This document shows, piece after piece, positions 36,469-48,248 of a DNA stretch of 64,000 nucleotides (positions are counted from its first letter, which is position 1; the number at the start of each line of letters is the position of its first letter). A program made the translations under genes and the position numbers. The notes beneath the pieces are model-generated. The model did not search any database. It was not told the origin of the DNA and worked only from the letters and a program-made list of their open reading frames with translations. This DNA comes from Blepharisma stoltei ATCC 30299 (Eukaryota; Protista; Ciliophora), in NCBI GenBank assembly GCA_965603825.1, contig CBFDEM010000004.1:682001-746000 (forward strand), written 5' to 3'.

Positions 36469-39231
36469 ATGAAAATTTTCCTCGTCATCCTTTTAAGTGT
36501 GTTTGCTTTTGGAAATCAAGATCAAAACTCATACACTGAGGATACAGCAGTTTTAGAGGCACAAACAGAAAATAACGAGGAAAGCTTATCTGGCAATCCA
36601 AATTTGAACTTCGATCCAAATGATGAATCTAATCAAATAGAAACGTCAATAAATGAAGGAAATAATCAGGAAACAAATAATGATGAGCCTACTAATAGCA
36701 TCCAGAATGAGCTTAATCCAATTACACAAGAAGCTAATACAAATGAGGAAAATCCTAACAAAGAATACTTCAATGATCTTTCAGAACAATTACTAGAAGA
36801 AAACAGCAATGAAGTAAAAGAACAATTAAAAACAGATGAAACTCTTGAAAGTAAAGACATAATTGATGCAGCGAGTAATGGCCAGGAAGATTTGCAATCT
36901 GATATACAAGAAAATGCAAATGGTGCCGATGATGCTCATATTTTCAATTCTGCTCAAGAAAGAGGAGAGCAAGCAAGTAATGAAGTTGATTCTATTCAAG
37001 AAAATAATGTATTAGATCAGCAAGAAAATGTAGTTGCTGAAGAAAGATTAGAGATAAATGAAAATGCTGATGGATTTATTACTGAAGAAAGTAGCAGCCA
37101 AAATATTGACCAGAAGGATATAGAGAGCCAACCTGTACCATCTAGCTCAAATAATGCCGAATGCTCTGACGATTCATGTAGACTGAATTCTAATGCCAAT
37201 ACAGAATTAGTAAGCGAATTACCATCAGATCAAGAAAATGCTTTTGTTGAACAAGAAGCTGAAAACGAAGGTATAAAGGAGTATTCTATAGAAGAAAATA
37301 ATCATGATGAAGAATTAAACAAAGAAGCACTTGAGGAAAGTAAAGAGACTGTAAATGCTGATACATTACAAATTGAAAATAATTCTGAAAGCAGTTCTGA
37401 TAAAATAAATAGAGAAGAGCTTAAGGAAAGCGTAGGTAATGAAATAGGTCGAGATGAAAATAACTCTGAAAGTAATCCTGATGAAATAAATAGAGAAGAG
37501 CAAAAGAAAAGTGTAGGAAATGAGATAGGCCGAAATGAAAATAATTCTGAAGCGAAATATGATGAATTAAATACCAGTGAGCATGATGAAAATAAGGAAA
37601 CAAAAAAAATCAATGAAGAAAGAAACGAAGAAAATTCTGGAATAAACCAAGAAGAGTTAAATGCAAACAAGGAAAACATAAATATTGAGGAAGAACCAAA
37701 TCAAGACAGCTCTGGTATAAGTCAAGAAGAGACAAATGCAAATGAACAATATGAAAGAGAGGAAAATATAAATTTTGAGGAAACAAATAAAGATTCAGGG
37801 GCTTTAGAAAATTCAAATGCTTTAGAAGTGGATAAAGCTGCTGACAATAAACAAAACACAAATAAGGATGAGCAACTAGCAAATATGAAAGACATTGATC
37901 TCAGCTCAAAAGTTGAAACCCAATCTGAAAAAAATCAAGATAGTCATTTAGAGCCTAAGCCTGAAATTATTGCTGCTGATAAACAGTCTGAAATACATAT
38001 TGACTCTAATATCATTTCTAATAGCCAATCAGAGATACCAAATAATACAGAGAATAATCATATTGATGAAATATCAATTTTAGATATAGACCAGGTAGAT
38101 TTTAAAGTCCTATTTATAAAATTTGCATTGAGAACTGAAAATATGATATCTTCCATTTATTTTTTCATAAGAAGCAAGCAACCCTACAACATCATTATTT
38201 TTTATTTTTGCTTTTCATATATTATTTACAAAACTTTCAAGCGAAAAAGAGAAAATTATTCATTTTCTTATAAAATCGTTGAAGAAAAGCAGCAAAGTAC
38301 AATTGCTCAAATCATAGAAGCCAAAAACAAAGAATTAGAAAACACGATTTTATCACTCAATGAACTATCTCAAGCTGGCTTGGATAATAGCCAAATTGAA
38401 AAAATAAAGAATAAACTGAATTCAGATCTCAAAGAAAAATTCTCAGCCATCAAGAAAGAAATTTCTATTATCCATGAAAAACAAAATGAATTCCAGGCAC
38501 AAATTTTGTCTTCACACCAAGAAATCTGGATGAAAATAGATTCTCTCAAAGAGGGTCCTGAAGAAATTCCGTATGTTTCGATTTCCCAAGTCGCTGTATC
38601 AATGCATATTCCAGATAAGCCAAGAAATTTTGAGGAAGACATAGATGAAAAGAATGAAGAAAATACCAACTTTGAGATTAGCCAGAAAGGAGAAATTGAG
38701 TCTGAATGGAAAAATGAGAATAAAGCAAAAGATGCATTAGAAACTCAAAATAGTAATCCAGAAGCTCAATTTATTGAACAAAAAAATCACAACTCTATGA
38801 TAAATCCTCCAATACAGCATTATAAGGAGGAGCAAATGGAGCTTAAAGAAGAAAATATTCAAATGGATTACTTAAAGTTTCCAACTGAAGTAATAGAGTC
38901 TGAAGAGCAAAAACTCATCCAAGAAAAAGAAAATAATCTTAGCCTTATACAAGAAGAAGTAGAAATAAAGACAAATAAAATAGAAGAAAAAGAAGAGCCT
39001 ATAGATACCAAATTTTCTCAGCTTCAAGGTACAACTGGAGCAGAAAAACCATTTTCAAACCCTCCAAAGCCTAAAATTCCTTCATTCGCACCTCCAGGCT
39101 TCAAGCCTGCCCCGAAGATTGCGAAGATAACAAAAGCAGAGCCAGAAAAAAAGCCTCAAAAATTGCCTGAGACAAGATCAAAAGTCATTTCGCAGCCTTT
39201 CATCCAAAAAAGTCCATTTGCACAACTATAA
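36469..39231 (+). CDS. Type I membrane protein: signal peptide, acidic E/N-rich luminal region, TM, coiled coil, Pro-rich tail
   Basis: 920-aa ORF; MKIFLVILLSVFAFG signal; YNIIIFYFCFSYIIYKTFKRKR TM followed by basic residues. Confidence 0.8.
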   Translation: MKIFLVILLSVFAFGNQDQNSYTEDTAVLEAQTENNEESLSGNPNLNFDPNDESNQIETSINEGNNQETNNDEPTNSIQNELNPITQEANTNEENPNKEYFNDLSEQLLEENSNEVKEQLKTDETLESKDIIDAASNGQEDLQSDIQENANGADDAHIFNSAQERGEQASNEVDSIQENNVLDQQENVVAEERLEINENADGFITEESSSQNIDQKDIESQPVPSSSNNAECSDDSCRLNSNANTELVSELPSDQENAFVEQEAENEGIKEYSIEENNHDEELNKEALEESKETVNADTLQIENNSESSSDKINREELKESVGNEIGRDENNSESNPDEINREEQKKSVGNEIGRNENNSEAKYDELNTSEHDENKETKKINEERNEENSGINQEELNANKENINIEEEPNQDSSGISQEETNANEQYEREENINFEETNKDSGALENSNALEVDKAADNKQNTNKDEQLANMKDIDLSSKVETQSEKNQDSHLEPKPEIIAADKQSEIHIDSNIISNSQSEIPNNTENNHIDEISILDIDQVDFKVLFIKFALRTENMISSIYFFIRSKQPYNIIIFYFCFSYIIYKTFKRKRENYSFSYKIVEEKQQSTIAQIIEAKNKELENTILSLNELSQAGLDNSQIEKIKNKLNSDLKEKFSAIKKEISIIHEKQNEFQAQILSSHQEIWMKIDSLKEGPEEIPYVSISQVAVSMHIPDKPRNFEEDIDEKNEENTNFEISQKGEIESEWKNENKAKDALETQNSNPEAQFIEQKNHNSMINPPIQHYKEEQMELKEENIQMDYLKFPTEVIESEEQKLIQEKENNLSLIQEEVEIKTNKIEEKEEPIDTKFSQLQGTTGAEKPFSNPPKPKIPSFAPPGFKPAPKIAKITKAEPEKKPQKLPETRSKVISQPFIQKSPFAQL
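37375..37572 (+). repeat. 81-nt (27-aa) coding tandem repeat, about 2.4 copies
   Basis: ENNSES..D.INREE.K.SVGNEIGR units start at 37375, 37456 and 37537. Confidence 0.85.
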
Positions 39232-39483
39232 TTTATTTTAGCTTATATTTTTGATTTTTTTTCTAAAGTAATCTTAAAATATGAAATAAAAGCACTGACA
39301 ATATTCACTTTTTCCCTTAAGCTAACTAGATAATTAGAACTTAATTTAGTGAAAATTTTTTAAATTTTCATTTCTGGGATTGAAAGAAATCATTTTCATT
39401 ATAAAACCACAAATTTTATTAAAAATCAATATTCAGCGAAGGGGAATTTTATTGATTAGTAGGCTTATCTTTGTAAATAAAAT

Positions 39484-40074
39484 ATGAACCCCAGCAAGAA
39501 ATTCTTGTCCTGCGAATATATTGATGAGAATTTTTATATTAAAAGCTCATTTGGTATTCCCTATACAAATGTTTATGACCAAGAACGCCAGAATTCTAAT
39601 GAGATCGAAAGCAATACTGTAATGAGCTATAACACAGCCAAAAACGAGTTCAACTATGACAATAAAACCTTATCAATAGTAATGAACCCCCAGACTATAA
39701 AATCCTTTGTAATTATGACTTCCTCAATTCCCCAGAATATTATAAATTTGTCCATTGTCAATTCCTTCCTTGGGCACAAAATAGTTAGGAACCTTTCTCT
39801 AGTCTTAAACGATCTGATAAGCTTGAAATATCTAGATCTATCAGGGAACTCTATAGAAGATAGAGGAATGAACTTGCTGAAAGAAAATGGGGACTGCTTA
39901 GCTAGGCTAGAAACATTCATTGTCTGCTTGAACCATATAACTTATAAAGGAGCCCTGCTGATAGCTGACTTTTATATATTCAAAGATCCAATGCATATTG
40001 TTGCAGGAAATTTTAACTTGCAGAAGTGGAAGAAATATAGAGAAGCAGTCAAGGCCTTTGAAATGGACATCTAA
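39484..40074 (+). CDS. Leucine-rich repeat (RI-like) protein
   Basis: LKYLDLSGNSIEDRG, LETFIVCLNHITYKGA. Confidence 0.75.
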   Translation: MNPSKKFLSCEYIDENFYIKSSFGIPYTNVYDQERQNSNEIESNTVMSYNTAKNEFNYDNKTLSIVMNPQTIKSFVIMTSSIPQNIINLSIVNSFLGHKIVRNLSLVLNDLISLKYLDLSGNSIEDRGMNLLKENGDCLARLETFIVCLNHITYKGALLIADFYIFKDPMHIVAGNFNLQKWKKYREAVKAFEMDI

Positions 40075-40159
40075 TTCTTCAAATTTATAAATTTTATTTT
40101 AAACAATTAATTGTAAATTCAGCAAATTGTGCAAAAACGTTGATTAAATATAATTATTA

Positions 40160-41554
40160 CTAGCTTCGGTGCGCCATCATATTTATGAATTCCATATAGT
40201 CAATTGCTCCATCTCTGTCCCTATCTGCTTCTGAAATCATTGCTTCTACATCTCTCTGAGGCAAATTCAAGCCTAGGTCTCCTCCAGTTAAAACATTTCT
40301 AAGCTCCTCTTTTGTAATTTTCCCGTTTCCGTCCACATCAAAGTGCTGGAATGCAGATTTAAGCAGTCCTGTGTTTAAATATTTTTGGTTTTGCATGCAT
40401 GCAGCTATTCATTCTGTGTAATCAATTTTCCCGTTGTTGTTTGAGTCAAGCATTTCACATAAGGTTGCGATTGCTGAGATGTCAAAAGATCGGCCTGAAG
40501 ATGATAATGCGCTGTGGAGCTCTTCTATAGTGATTGACCCATCTCCATCACTATCTAATGAGTTAAACATTTCTCTTAAGCTCTGCAGGTCTTTTTCTGA
40601 AAGTTTGCTGGCTATGTAAATTAAAGAAGCTCTTTTAAGATTTCTGGCTTGGGCAAAAGACCTTAAGCCATCAAAAACTGATGTAGGTAATGATATTTGT
40701 TGAGAAGGTGCAAGACCTGTAATTCAAGGATGCTTTAAAGCTTCTTTTGCAGTAAGTCTGAAATTTGCGTCTTTTACGAGCAATTTAGATATCAAATCTT
40801 TGGCTGCTTCTGACACATTATCGAAAGCTCGATTTCTGAAATTATAATATCCGTTGAAAACATTCATCAAAATTTCTTGGTTATTTCTACCATTAAACGG
40901 AGGAGAGCCGCTTAGCATAATATATAAAATAACACCTAAAGACCAACAGTCAACTTGATAAGTGTAGTTTCCACTCAAAACTTCAGGAGCTATATAATAT
41001 GGTGTCCCATTCAGCGTATGCATCATCTCATTTTCATCAAATACCTTAGAAAGGCCAAAATCAATTAGTTTTATATCACTTTCAGGAGATTCATTAGCAA
41101 AAAGGCAGTTTTCAGGCTTGATATCTCTATGACAAACACCATGGTCATGACAATAAGCTACAGCTGAGAACAAAACTTTCATAATCGCGGCTGCTTCATA
41201 CTCAGTAAGGTATCTTTTCGTGGCTATCCTGTCAAATAATTCTCCACCAGAGCAATATTCTAATACCAAAAAACAAAGACGATCAGTTTCAAAAGTTTCG
41301 ATGATATTTACGATATTTGGGTGATCCAGATGTGAAAGAATTTCAAATTCGTTTTGGAAGCTTGTGTAGTCGCTGACTCGGTTTTTCTGGATTGCTTTTA
41401 CGGCCCTTGTGATTCCTGTAGTCAGTTCAGTAGCTACAAAAACCTTTCCGTATGCACCGCTTCCGATTTCTTTATTAAATGAGTAATGATTTAGAATGTC
41501 TTCAGTTTTTGAGGACACAAACCACTGCTTTTTAATCACGATGTGATTATTCAT
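40160..41554 (-). CDS. CDPK: Calcium-dependent protein kinase (kinase + 4 EF hands)
   Basis: GSGAYG, HRDIKPEN, DFG, GTPYYIAPE, HP[TGA=W]; EF hands DSDGDG, DSNNNG, DVDGNG, DRDRDG. Confidence 0.95.
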
Positions 41555-41635
41555 TTATATTTTTCATCTTTATATAATGGTCATTTACAAAAATCTTATG
41601 CTGGGTTTATTTGATGGAAATAATAATTTTTGGTA

Positions 41636-42433
41636 ATGTTTAGAAGAGTAGGTATTTATTTTTGTGCAGGAAACTCTAAGAGGTGATTTGCAAGGAAAAA
41701 CCCAGTGATAACTAGCATTATGAAAAATGATCTTCCAATTACTAAGCAAACATATATTGATTTCAAGGTTTTCACAGGAAACGAAATTTTATATGCATTG
41801 ACAGATTGCAAGAAACTTAAACCAGGAGAAATAAGCCACGCCTTATCAGAATTAGGGAAGCGAAAAGGAGCTCCTGAAAATTTTGACTGAAATGCACATC
41901 CAGCCATAAAGGCGACCATCGAGCGCACTAAAAGCCAAGCTCATAAATGGCCTTGCAAGAATATTACTTCCCTTGCTCATGCCTACACAAGATTAAATAT
42001 CAAAGATCCGACATTATGATATATTCTTGAAAAGCACGTAAAAAGAATTATCACCGCAATAGAACCTATTGGGCTTGCATTGTGTTTTAATGCTTTTGCT
42101 GGAAAAGGAACTCCTGAGCTTTTTGAAGTCTTAGTAAAAGCTGTCCCTAAAAATATTAGATTCATGGAAATGAAAGATATTTTGTCAATGATAAAAGGAA
42201 TCCAAAAAGCAAATATTCAAGCTGATGAGCTCTTTACAGGTCATATTTATCCTGAAATCAAGGAAAAGAAAAAATATTGTTCAGTTTATGAACTTAATGA
42301 GATGATATCTGTACTTAGCAAAAGGACAGATTTTGCAGATGATCTTAAAAATGAGCTTCAAAATGAAATAGGAAAAAAGATGGAGACCAAGAGAGATTTC
42401 AGCTTTGGAGGGATTAAAAAAAATAATGAGTAA
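41636..42433 (+). CDS. Mitochondrion-targeted helical-repeat (HPR/FASTK-like) RNA-binding protein
   Basis: MFRRV...KR[W]FA presequence; ITSLAHAYTRLNIKDPTL[W]YIL repeat pattern; three TGA=Trp. Confidence 0.6.
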
Positions 42434-42564
42434 TATCAATTAAATTTCGAGCAAGAAAACTTTGTGCATATAATTTAATAATGCGATTGAGTTTTTTATA
42501 TAGTTATGAATATGAGTTTTTCATTAAATGTAAAGACTTATTAATTTCAAAGTTTTATCGAATA

Positions 42565-42888
42565 TTATTTTGCTATGTTTGATGTGTTTAAATACACTTC
42601 CTGATATTCCTGTGTCGCCATGCACACCCCCATTCCGCAAGTATATAAAAGACACTCCAAGCAACAATTCCCAGATATTCCATATTTATTTCTGACCGCT
42701 TGTCGGTTTATTGCAGCCCCACAAGGACCTAAAAGAGTAGATAGCAAACAAGCTGTTCCACCTCCTCGGCCTCCATTCATTTCAAAATGAGCAATTCCCT
42801 GCAAAAACGGGATACCACAAAAGGTAGCTAAATAACACGCTGGTATTGCTTGACAGCAATCACACATTCCCCTTTTCCACTGAGACAT
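42565..42888 (-). CDS. PLAC8-family Cys-rich protein
   Basis: WKRGMCDCC...RQAVRNKYGISGNCCLEC...ATQEYQEV. Confidence 0.88.
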   Translation of the reverse strand: MSQWKRGMCDCCQAIPACYLATFCGIPFLQGIAHFEMNGGRGGGTACLLSTLLGPCGAAINRQAVRNKYGISGNCCLECLLYTCGMGVCMATQEYQEVYLNTSNIAK

Positions 42889-43266
42889 TTTTTTATATCA
42901 GGATATTCGTTTTAATTTAATCTGCTATAGAAATGATAATATTGCTTTTTTAAATTTAATAATAATTATTAATAATTAAAAATAAGCCAATGCTTTTCTA
43001 TTGCCTATAGCTAATAAATAGGCAATTCAGTATCCTTTTGTATCATTTGAATTATTTAAATACAAATTTATAAATTTTTTGAGTGCCAAAAAATATCTCC
43101 AATTTGTTGTTATATCGACATCTTTTAAAACATCCCCTAACAAATTAAATTTGGAAACTTTGCGAATCTTCTAATAATTTTCTTCTTCATAATAAGCTTT
43201 CTAATTCATTTTTAAAAATTAAAACTTGAATAATTTTAGCATAAACAGCATCACTACATAATTAAA

Positions 43267-44252
43267 ATGGAAGGCAAAAAGAGGCCACCACCAAGAATCC
43301 AGGTTCCAGCTCAACAGCAATTTACAGAAATTCCATCGATGCATAGAACGAATTCTGGAAAACTTAGAATTGATAGTTTATCTGATATCGAGTTCATTGA
43401 AAGATTAGGTCAAGGAAGCGCAGGAATTGTTGATAAGTGTAGGCATATTCCCTCTAATAAGATTGTAGCAGTCAAAAGAGTTCCTCTAACTTCCAACAAC
43501 GAAATAAAAAGGCAGATCATCACAGAGGTGAACGCTTTGAATTCATGCAAGAACCAACATATCGTATATTCCTATGGAGCAGTTGTTCATCAGGGCGTAA
43601 TGAACATCATTATGGAATACATGGACAAAGGTTCACTTAAGGATGCTTTGCAGCGCTGTGGCCGGATTTCAGAAGATGTGATTGGCCATATTGCATTTCA
43701 AGTATTATCAGGGCTTGAGTATCTTCATAGGAAGAAGAAAATAGTCCACAGAGATATAAAACCTTCCAACCTACTACTCACATCTGAAGGACTGGTGAAA
43801 ATCTCTGATTTCGGAGTTTCAGGAATCATGAGTCACACAAATGCAACAAAGAGGACATTTGTAGGGACAGTCACCTATATGTCTGTAAGATCTAATTTAG
43901 TTAGCCAGAACGCTTTACAGATGAAGGATACCACGTTGATACTGACATTTGAAGTCTAGGATTGTCGTTGCTAGAGTGTGCGACAGGACGCTATCCTTAT
44001 CCAGAGCCGGATGAAAATGGTAACATCCCTGTTCTGACATTTTGGGAACTTATGAACTATATTTCAGCAAGAAAAGCACCTGAGCCGCCTCCAGGAAGCA
44101 GTGAAGAGTTCAGAGATTTTATAAGGATTTGCTTGGGCAAAGAAAAAGACAGTCGATCTACTGTTGGAGAACTGCTAAGTCATCCTTTTATTCAGAGAAA
44201 TATTAACCCAATCAGCTTCAATCTCTGGCTAAATCAAATCAATTCATTATAA
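43267..44252 (+). CDS. MAP2K: MAP kinase kinase (STE7/MEK family); one 20-nt intron
   Basis: GQGSAG, HRDIKPSN, DFGVS, T-x5-T then FVGTVTYMS|PER, DI[TGA=W]SLG. Confidence 0.93.
43885..43904 (+). other. 20-nt intron (atypical length)
   Basis: gtaagatctaatttagttag. Only this excision restores YMSPER and the frame. Confidence 0.85.
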
Positions 44253-44822
44253 TTTAAGATCATTTTAGAGAAATTTCAATTAGCTATAAAATCTAATCAA
44301 TTAAAATAAATTTAATTAGGCAAGATGTTAAAATTCTTATTTTTGATTATTAAAAATTGTCTGATTTAATTAAGGCGTAAAGAAGAGAACGTTTAAGTAT
44401 ATTTCTTTCAGCCACTTTTGAATACCTTAAAATTTGTAACGCATCAACAAATTACTCTTCTTGATTTGCTGTCGGATTGAAGAGTTTAACTTTGGTGATA
44501 CTTTAAGCAAACAATTTTAGCTATTTGTTTTGGCAGAGCTTGCTACTGTTAATTTTAGGTTCATTAATACAATAACTTTTCTTGTTTTTCAATCGAGCAC
44601 CAGTGTTTGAATAATTAATTACATAAAAGAACTTATTTTTCTGTAATAGATCTAAATTAAAGATTAAATTATTTGCTTGAAGTTTGAAATACTTTGAAAT
44701 TCATCTAATATATAAAAAGAAGTATATTTACTAAACAAGTCTAGTTTAGAGATAATTATCTTTCGTTACTTTAAAAGGTTATTTTGCAGATTATCCAATA
44801 AACTCTATCTTACGATTATTAG

Positions 44823-45941
44823 TTAAAAGCATTTTCTGTGTACAATTGTAGGGCCCGCTTCTTCGTACTCAGCTTTGGTTATCCACATTTGTTGGAATGT
44901 TGACAAAGAAGCCAAAATTGAGCCACCAATCCAGACTGAAGTAGATCTTTCAGCAGGTGCTGTTACTCTCACCTTAGACGATATTCCAGCAAGGCATGTC
45001 ATTTCTACAATTAAACGTTCTGCCATGCCTGAGAATAGCGTATTTCCTCCACTCAGCAAAATATTTGAGTAAAGTTCTTTTCTGATTTCAACATCACTCT
45101 TCATTATCGATCTGTTAGCAATCAAATGAATTCCATCTTCATCAATATTCATTAGCGAAGGGTCAAACATTGCTTCTGGGCATTTAAATCGTTCTTCCCT
45201 GATTATTAAAGATCTTCCGTCAGGCAAATCATAGTTTTTTTCTATGCTTGCTCCAGCTGCATTTAGCTCATCTTTGAATCTCATTGCGGCATAGCATATT
45301 TGCTCTTTGATATCTCTTGCAATTTCTCTTTCTGCACAGGTATTAAATTTATATCCTTTAGCACTTAGCAAAGAAATGAAATATTCAGTCATATCTTTCC
45401 CTCCCAATGGTAAACTCTTGATTGAGTAAGGCAAAGCATAACCTTCATAAATGGGCACTGTGGTGGTAATTCCATCTCCTGAATCAATAACTAGACCTAT
45501 TGTCTTGCCACTGGAATATAGGGAAAGAACTGGCTGAGATGCAATGTAAAAAGCTGGAATGTTAAAGGCCTCAAACATAACTTGAGTCATTTTTTCTTTG
45601 CTGTACTTCGGATTTAGCGGTGTTTCTGTAAGGAGAAGAGGATGATTATCTGGAGCTACCCCTAGCCCACTGAAAAATGTATGATTCCAAATCTTTTCCA
45701 TTTCGTCCCAATCCACGATAATCCCTCGTTCAATTGGGTGCTTCAAACTCAGCATGTCATATTTTGACCTTGCCTCATCTCCTACGTATAAATCCTTTTG
45801 GTCATTTCCTATTTGATTATTTCGGGGTCTTCCAGTTACACAAGGAAATATTGAGCGAGGAGCATCATCACCTGCAAAGCCAGCTTTAATGAATCCTGAG
45901 CCATTGTCAATAACTAGTCCATGCACATCTTCTCCCTCCAT
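44823..45941 (-). CDS. ACT: Divergent actin / actin-like protein
   Basis: [48 protein letters not shown]...HRKCF. Confidence 0.95.
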   Translation of the reverse strand: MEGEDVHGLVIDNGSGFIKAGFAGDDAPRSIFPCVTGRPRNNQIGNDQKDLYVGDEARSKYDMLSLKHPIERGIIVDWDEMEKIWNHTFFSGLGVAPDNHPLLLTETPLNPKYSKEKMTQVMFEAFNIPAFYIASQPVLSLYSSGKTIGLVIDSGDGITTTVPIYEGYALPYSIKSLPLGGKDMTEYFISLLSAKGYKFNTCAEREIARDIKEQICYAAMRFKDELNAAGASIEKNYDLPDGRSLIIREERFKCPEAMFDPSLMNIDEDGIHLIANRSIMKSDVEIRKELYSNILLSGGNTLFSGMAERLIVEMTCLAGISSKVRVTAPAERSTSVWIGGSILASLSTFQQMWITKAEYEEAGPTIVHRKCF

Positions 45942-46007
45942 TTTTTATTATCAGCGAGTTAATTATGGATTATTACAAATTTTGCCTTAGTGATAAACTT
46001 CGAAGAA

Positions 46008-47147
46008 ATGTGAACATCAGAATCCCAGCTCAAGCATCTATGGAATAAAGCCGTCAAGAAAAATGCAGGAATGAAAAAGCCTTTTGTGCTCAGAATCAAT
46101 GCAAAATATTGCTATGTAAATGAAAAGCTCAAACTCGTAGGCGATGTAAATCACGAGTCTTTAAGCTTATGGAAAAAGTGGGAGAATAAAGAAAATGACC
46201 AGACTAAATGGTTTAATAAAGCGCAATCATTAGCCAGCCAATTTCAAAGGTTAAAAGACAGAGCATGGGGCGAAAACAGCTTCAAGTCTAATGAAGAGCG
46301 AAAATGGCTGAAAAATTACCTTCCAGAAATCATTATTGACAACCCAGCCACTTTAGCTAGCATACTAAAAGCAGCTGTAGTTAAAACTACTGGAAACATC
46401 AGCTATTTCAACCCAACTCCACCAAGATCTCCAGTCGTATACTACATAGCTGACAAATACAATATGTGCATCCACAATACTTTTTTCCCATATAGAGATT
46501 ATTACTATGAGGCTAAAAAAGAGTATGATTATCTTCCAAAGGCTGCCAAAGAATTATACGAAAAAGCCAATGAACTCGACACTTTGAGAAACCAAGCAGA
46601 ATCTATAAAAGTAGCCAACGCAGAATATCTGAATTATCTAAACAACGCTATTTCTTGAAGAGAAGTCTATAAACGCCCACTATCTACTATATTTGGTGAA
46701 AACTTAAAAGTGATGAGCAAAATATCTCTTTTTTTACTTATAAAAGCTGAAAACTTGATCAATCATTTAATGAACAAAATTGAAAGGATATGCAGAGACA
46801 AAACGGGGAAAAATAAAAAAAATAAAGTCATACGTGAAGCTGTTAATGATTGTATCAAAGAATATCCGCAAGACAAATATATAGCCCATTACACTATTTG
46901 TGGAGAAAATCTGAATAACTACACACCTACACTTTCTATAATTGAACAATCAATACTACATGAAGATTCCTGATATGAAGCTACTGAAACTAACGGCGAA
47001 GTCATTGATTTCCAGGATTTCCCACTCATTAAACCTAATTCAACTGTCAATTTAGGACATGGGATTGTTGCAAAGATTTTTAAAATTGAAGATATTTGGT
47101 TTGACAGCGGAGTTTTAAAGAGGATTCGAGGAATTGAAAGTTATTAG
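46008..47147 (+). CDS. Uncharacterised protein (379 aa)
   Basis: ORFs 46071-46658 and 46710-46973 are in frame via TGA. ATG 46008, TAG 47145-47147. Confidence 0.7.
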
Positions 47148-47175
47148 TATCATTAATAAAATTTTCACTTTATAC

Positions 47176-48015
47176 TTAGCTTACTCTTGCTAAATAAGGA
47201 GACTGGTATTGTCGAATTCTTTCTGTATAATTTTCTTTTATCTCTTTTTTTATCGGTTTCTCTTTTGGGTAAAGCCTTTCTGAAATTCCTATGCATCGAG
47301 GGGAAGTACTTTTAACAAAGGATCGAGGAGAAATCTCACTGAATGATTTCAGATCGATAGGCTCTAAAGGCAGCAAAAGCTTAGGGATTTTCGGACTCAA
47401 TAAACGATTTTGTGAAGGTTTATTGATATTTTTCCTTTTCTTTGACAAAACTGACTTTTTTTTCTCTTCGTTTCGCCTAACTTCTTTGGATAATTGCTTG
47501 TTCGGAGGGGTGTTATTGCCTTCTCTGATAATTTGCATGATTTTTAACTTTTCAAGTTCAAGCTCTTTGTCTTCATCTGCTTGGGATTTTCTTATGAGAA
47601 TGCCTTTATTTCGGGATTTTATCATGGTTTTAGAAATCATGTCTATAAAGCCTGGGCTCAAATGGTGATCTTGTTCTAGTTCTGGCTTAGATTTGATGCT
47701 GCTAAGTCTGCAGAGGCCTTTCATGATATGGTAGCTTTCTGGATGCTGCAATGAATTCTTAAATTTATTTGGATTCACTTTAAGAGACTCAACTGATTTT
47801 ACGCTCTGAGTTGTAAATGCGCATTTTAAAAAGCCAGCCGTGAGCAATTTCAATTTCGAAGTTTTTTTGAGTTTTTTTCATTCATCAGAATCGTCATCTG
47901 AAGCACTGTTATCAGATTGATTTTCAGCTTGCAATTTATTAATTTGTGTCACTTGCCTGTTTGCATTTCTTATTTGTTTGAATAAATCCAAACTCGATGA
48001 TGATCTATTTATCAT
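47176..48015 (-). CDS. Uncharacterised basic low-complexity protein
   Basis: Extends upstream through one TGA to ATG 48015. Confidence 0.7.
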
Positions 48016-48248
48016 TTTATTTTTGTATTTATTATACGGTAAGCTTACTAAATTACTTTCTTTTTGAAATATTATTTAAAAAATTTTGCTGCAATTAAAT
48101 GCCTGTGCTCTTTAGCTGAATTGATAATAATAATGGTCTAAATTAAAAAGAATTTTATGTAAAGTCTCCAAATAATAAAAAAGCTAATAAATGCGCTGCC
48201 TTATGTAGATTAAAGATTTTATACTACGATATGCTTAAAAATAAATTA

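Noticed and set aside
36666-38669. Ser/Phe/Leu-rich minus-strand ORFs, and similar short antisense ORFs throughout the track
   Set aside because: These are shadows of E/K/N-rich sense genes with no domain signal.
43135-43142. CCCTAACA, matching the Blepharisma/Stentor telomere unit
   Set aside because: A single 8-mer is expected by chance in 64 kb; there is no tandem array.
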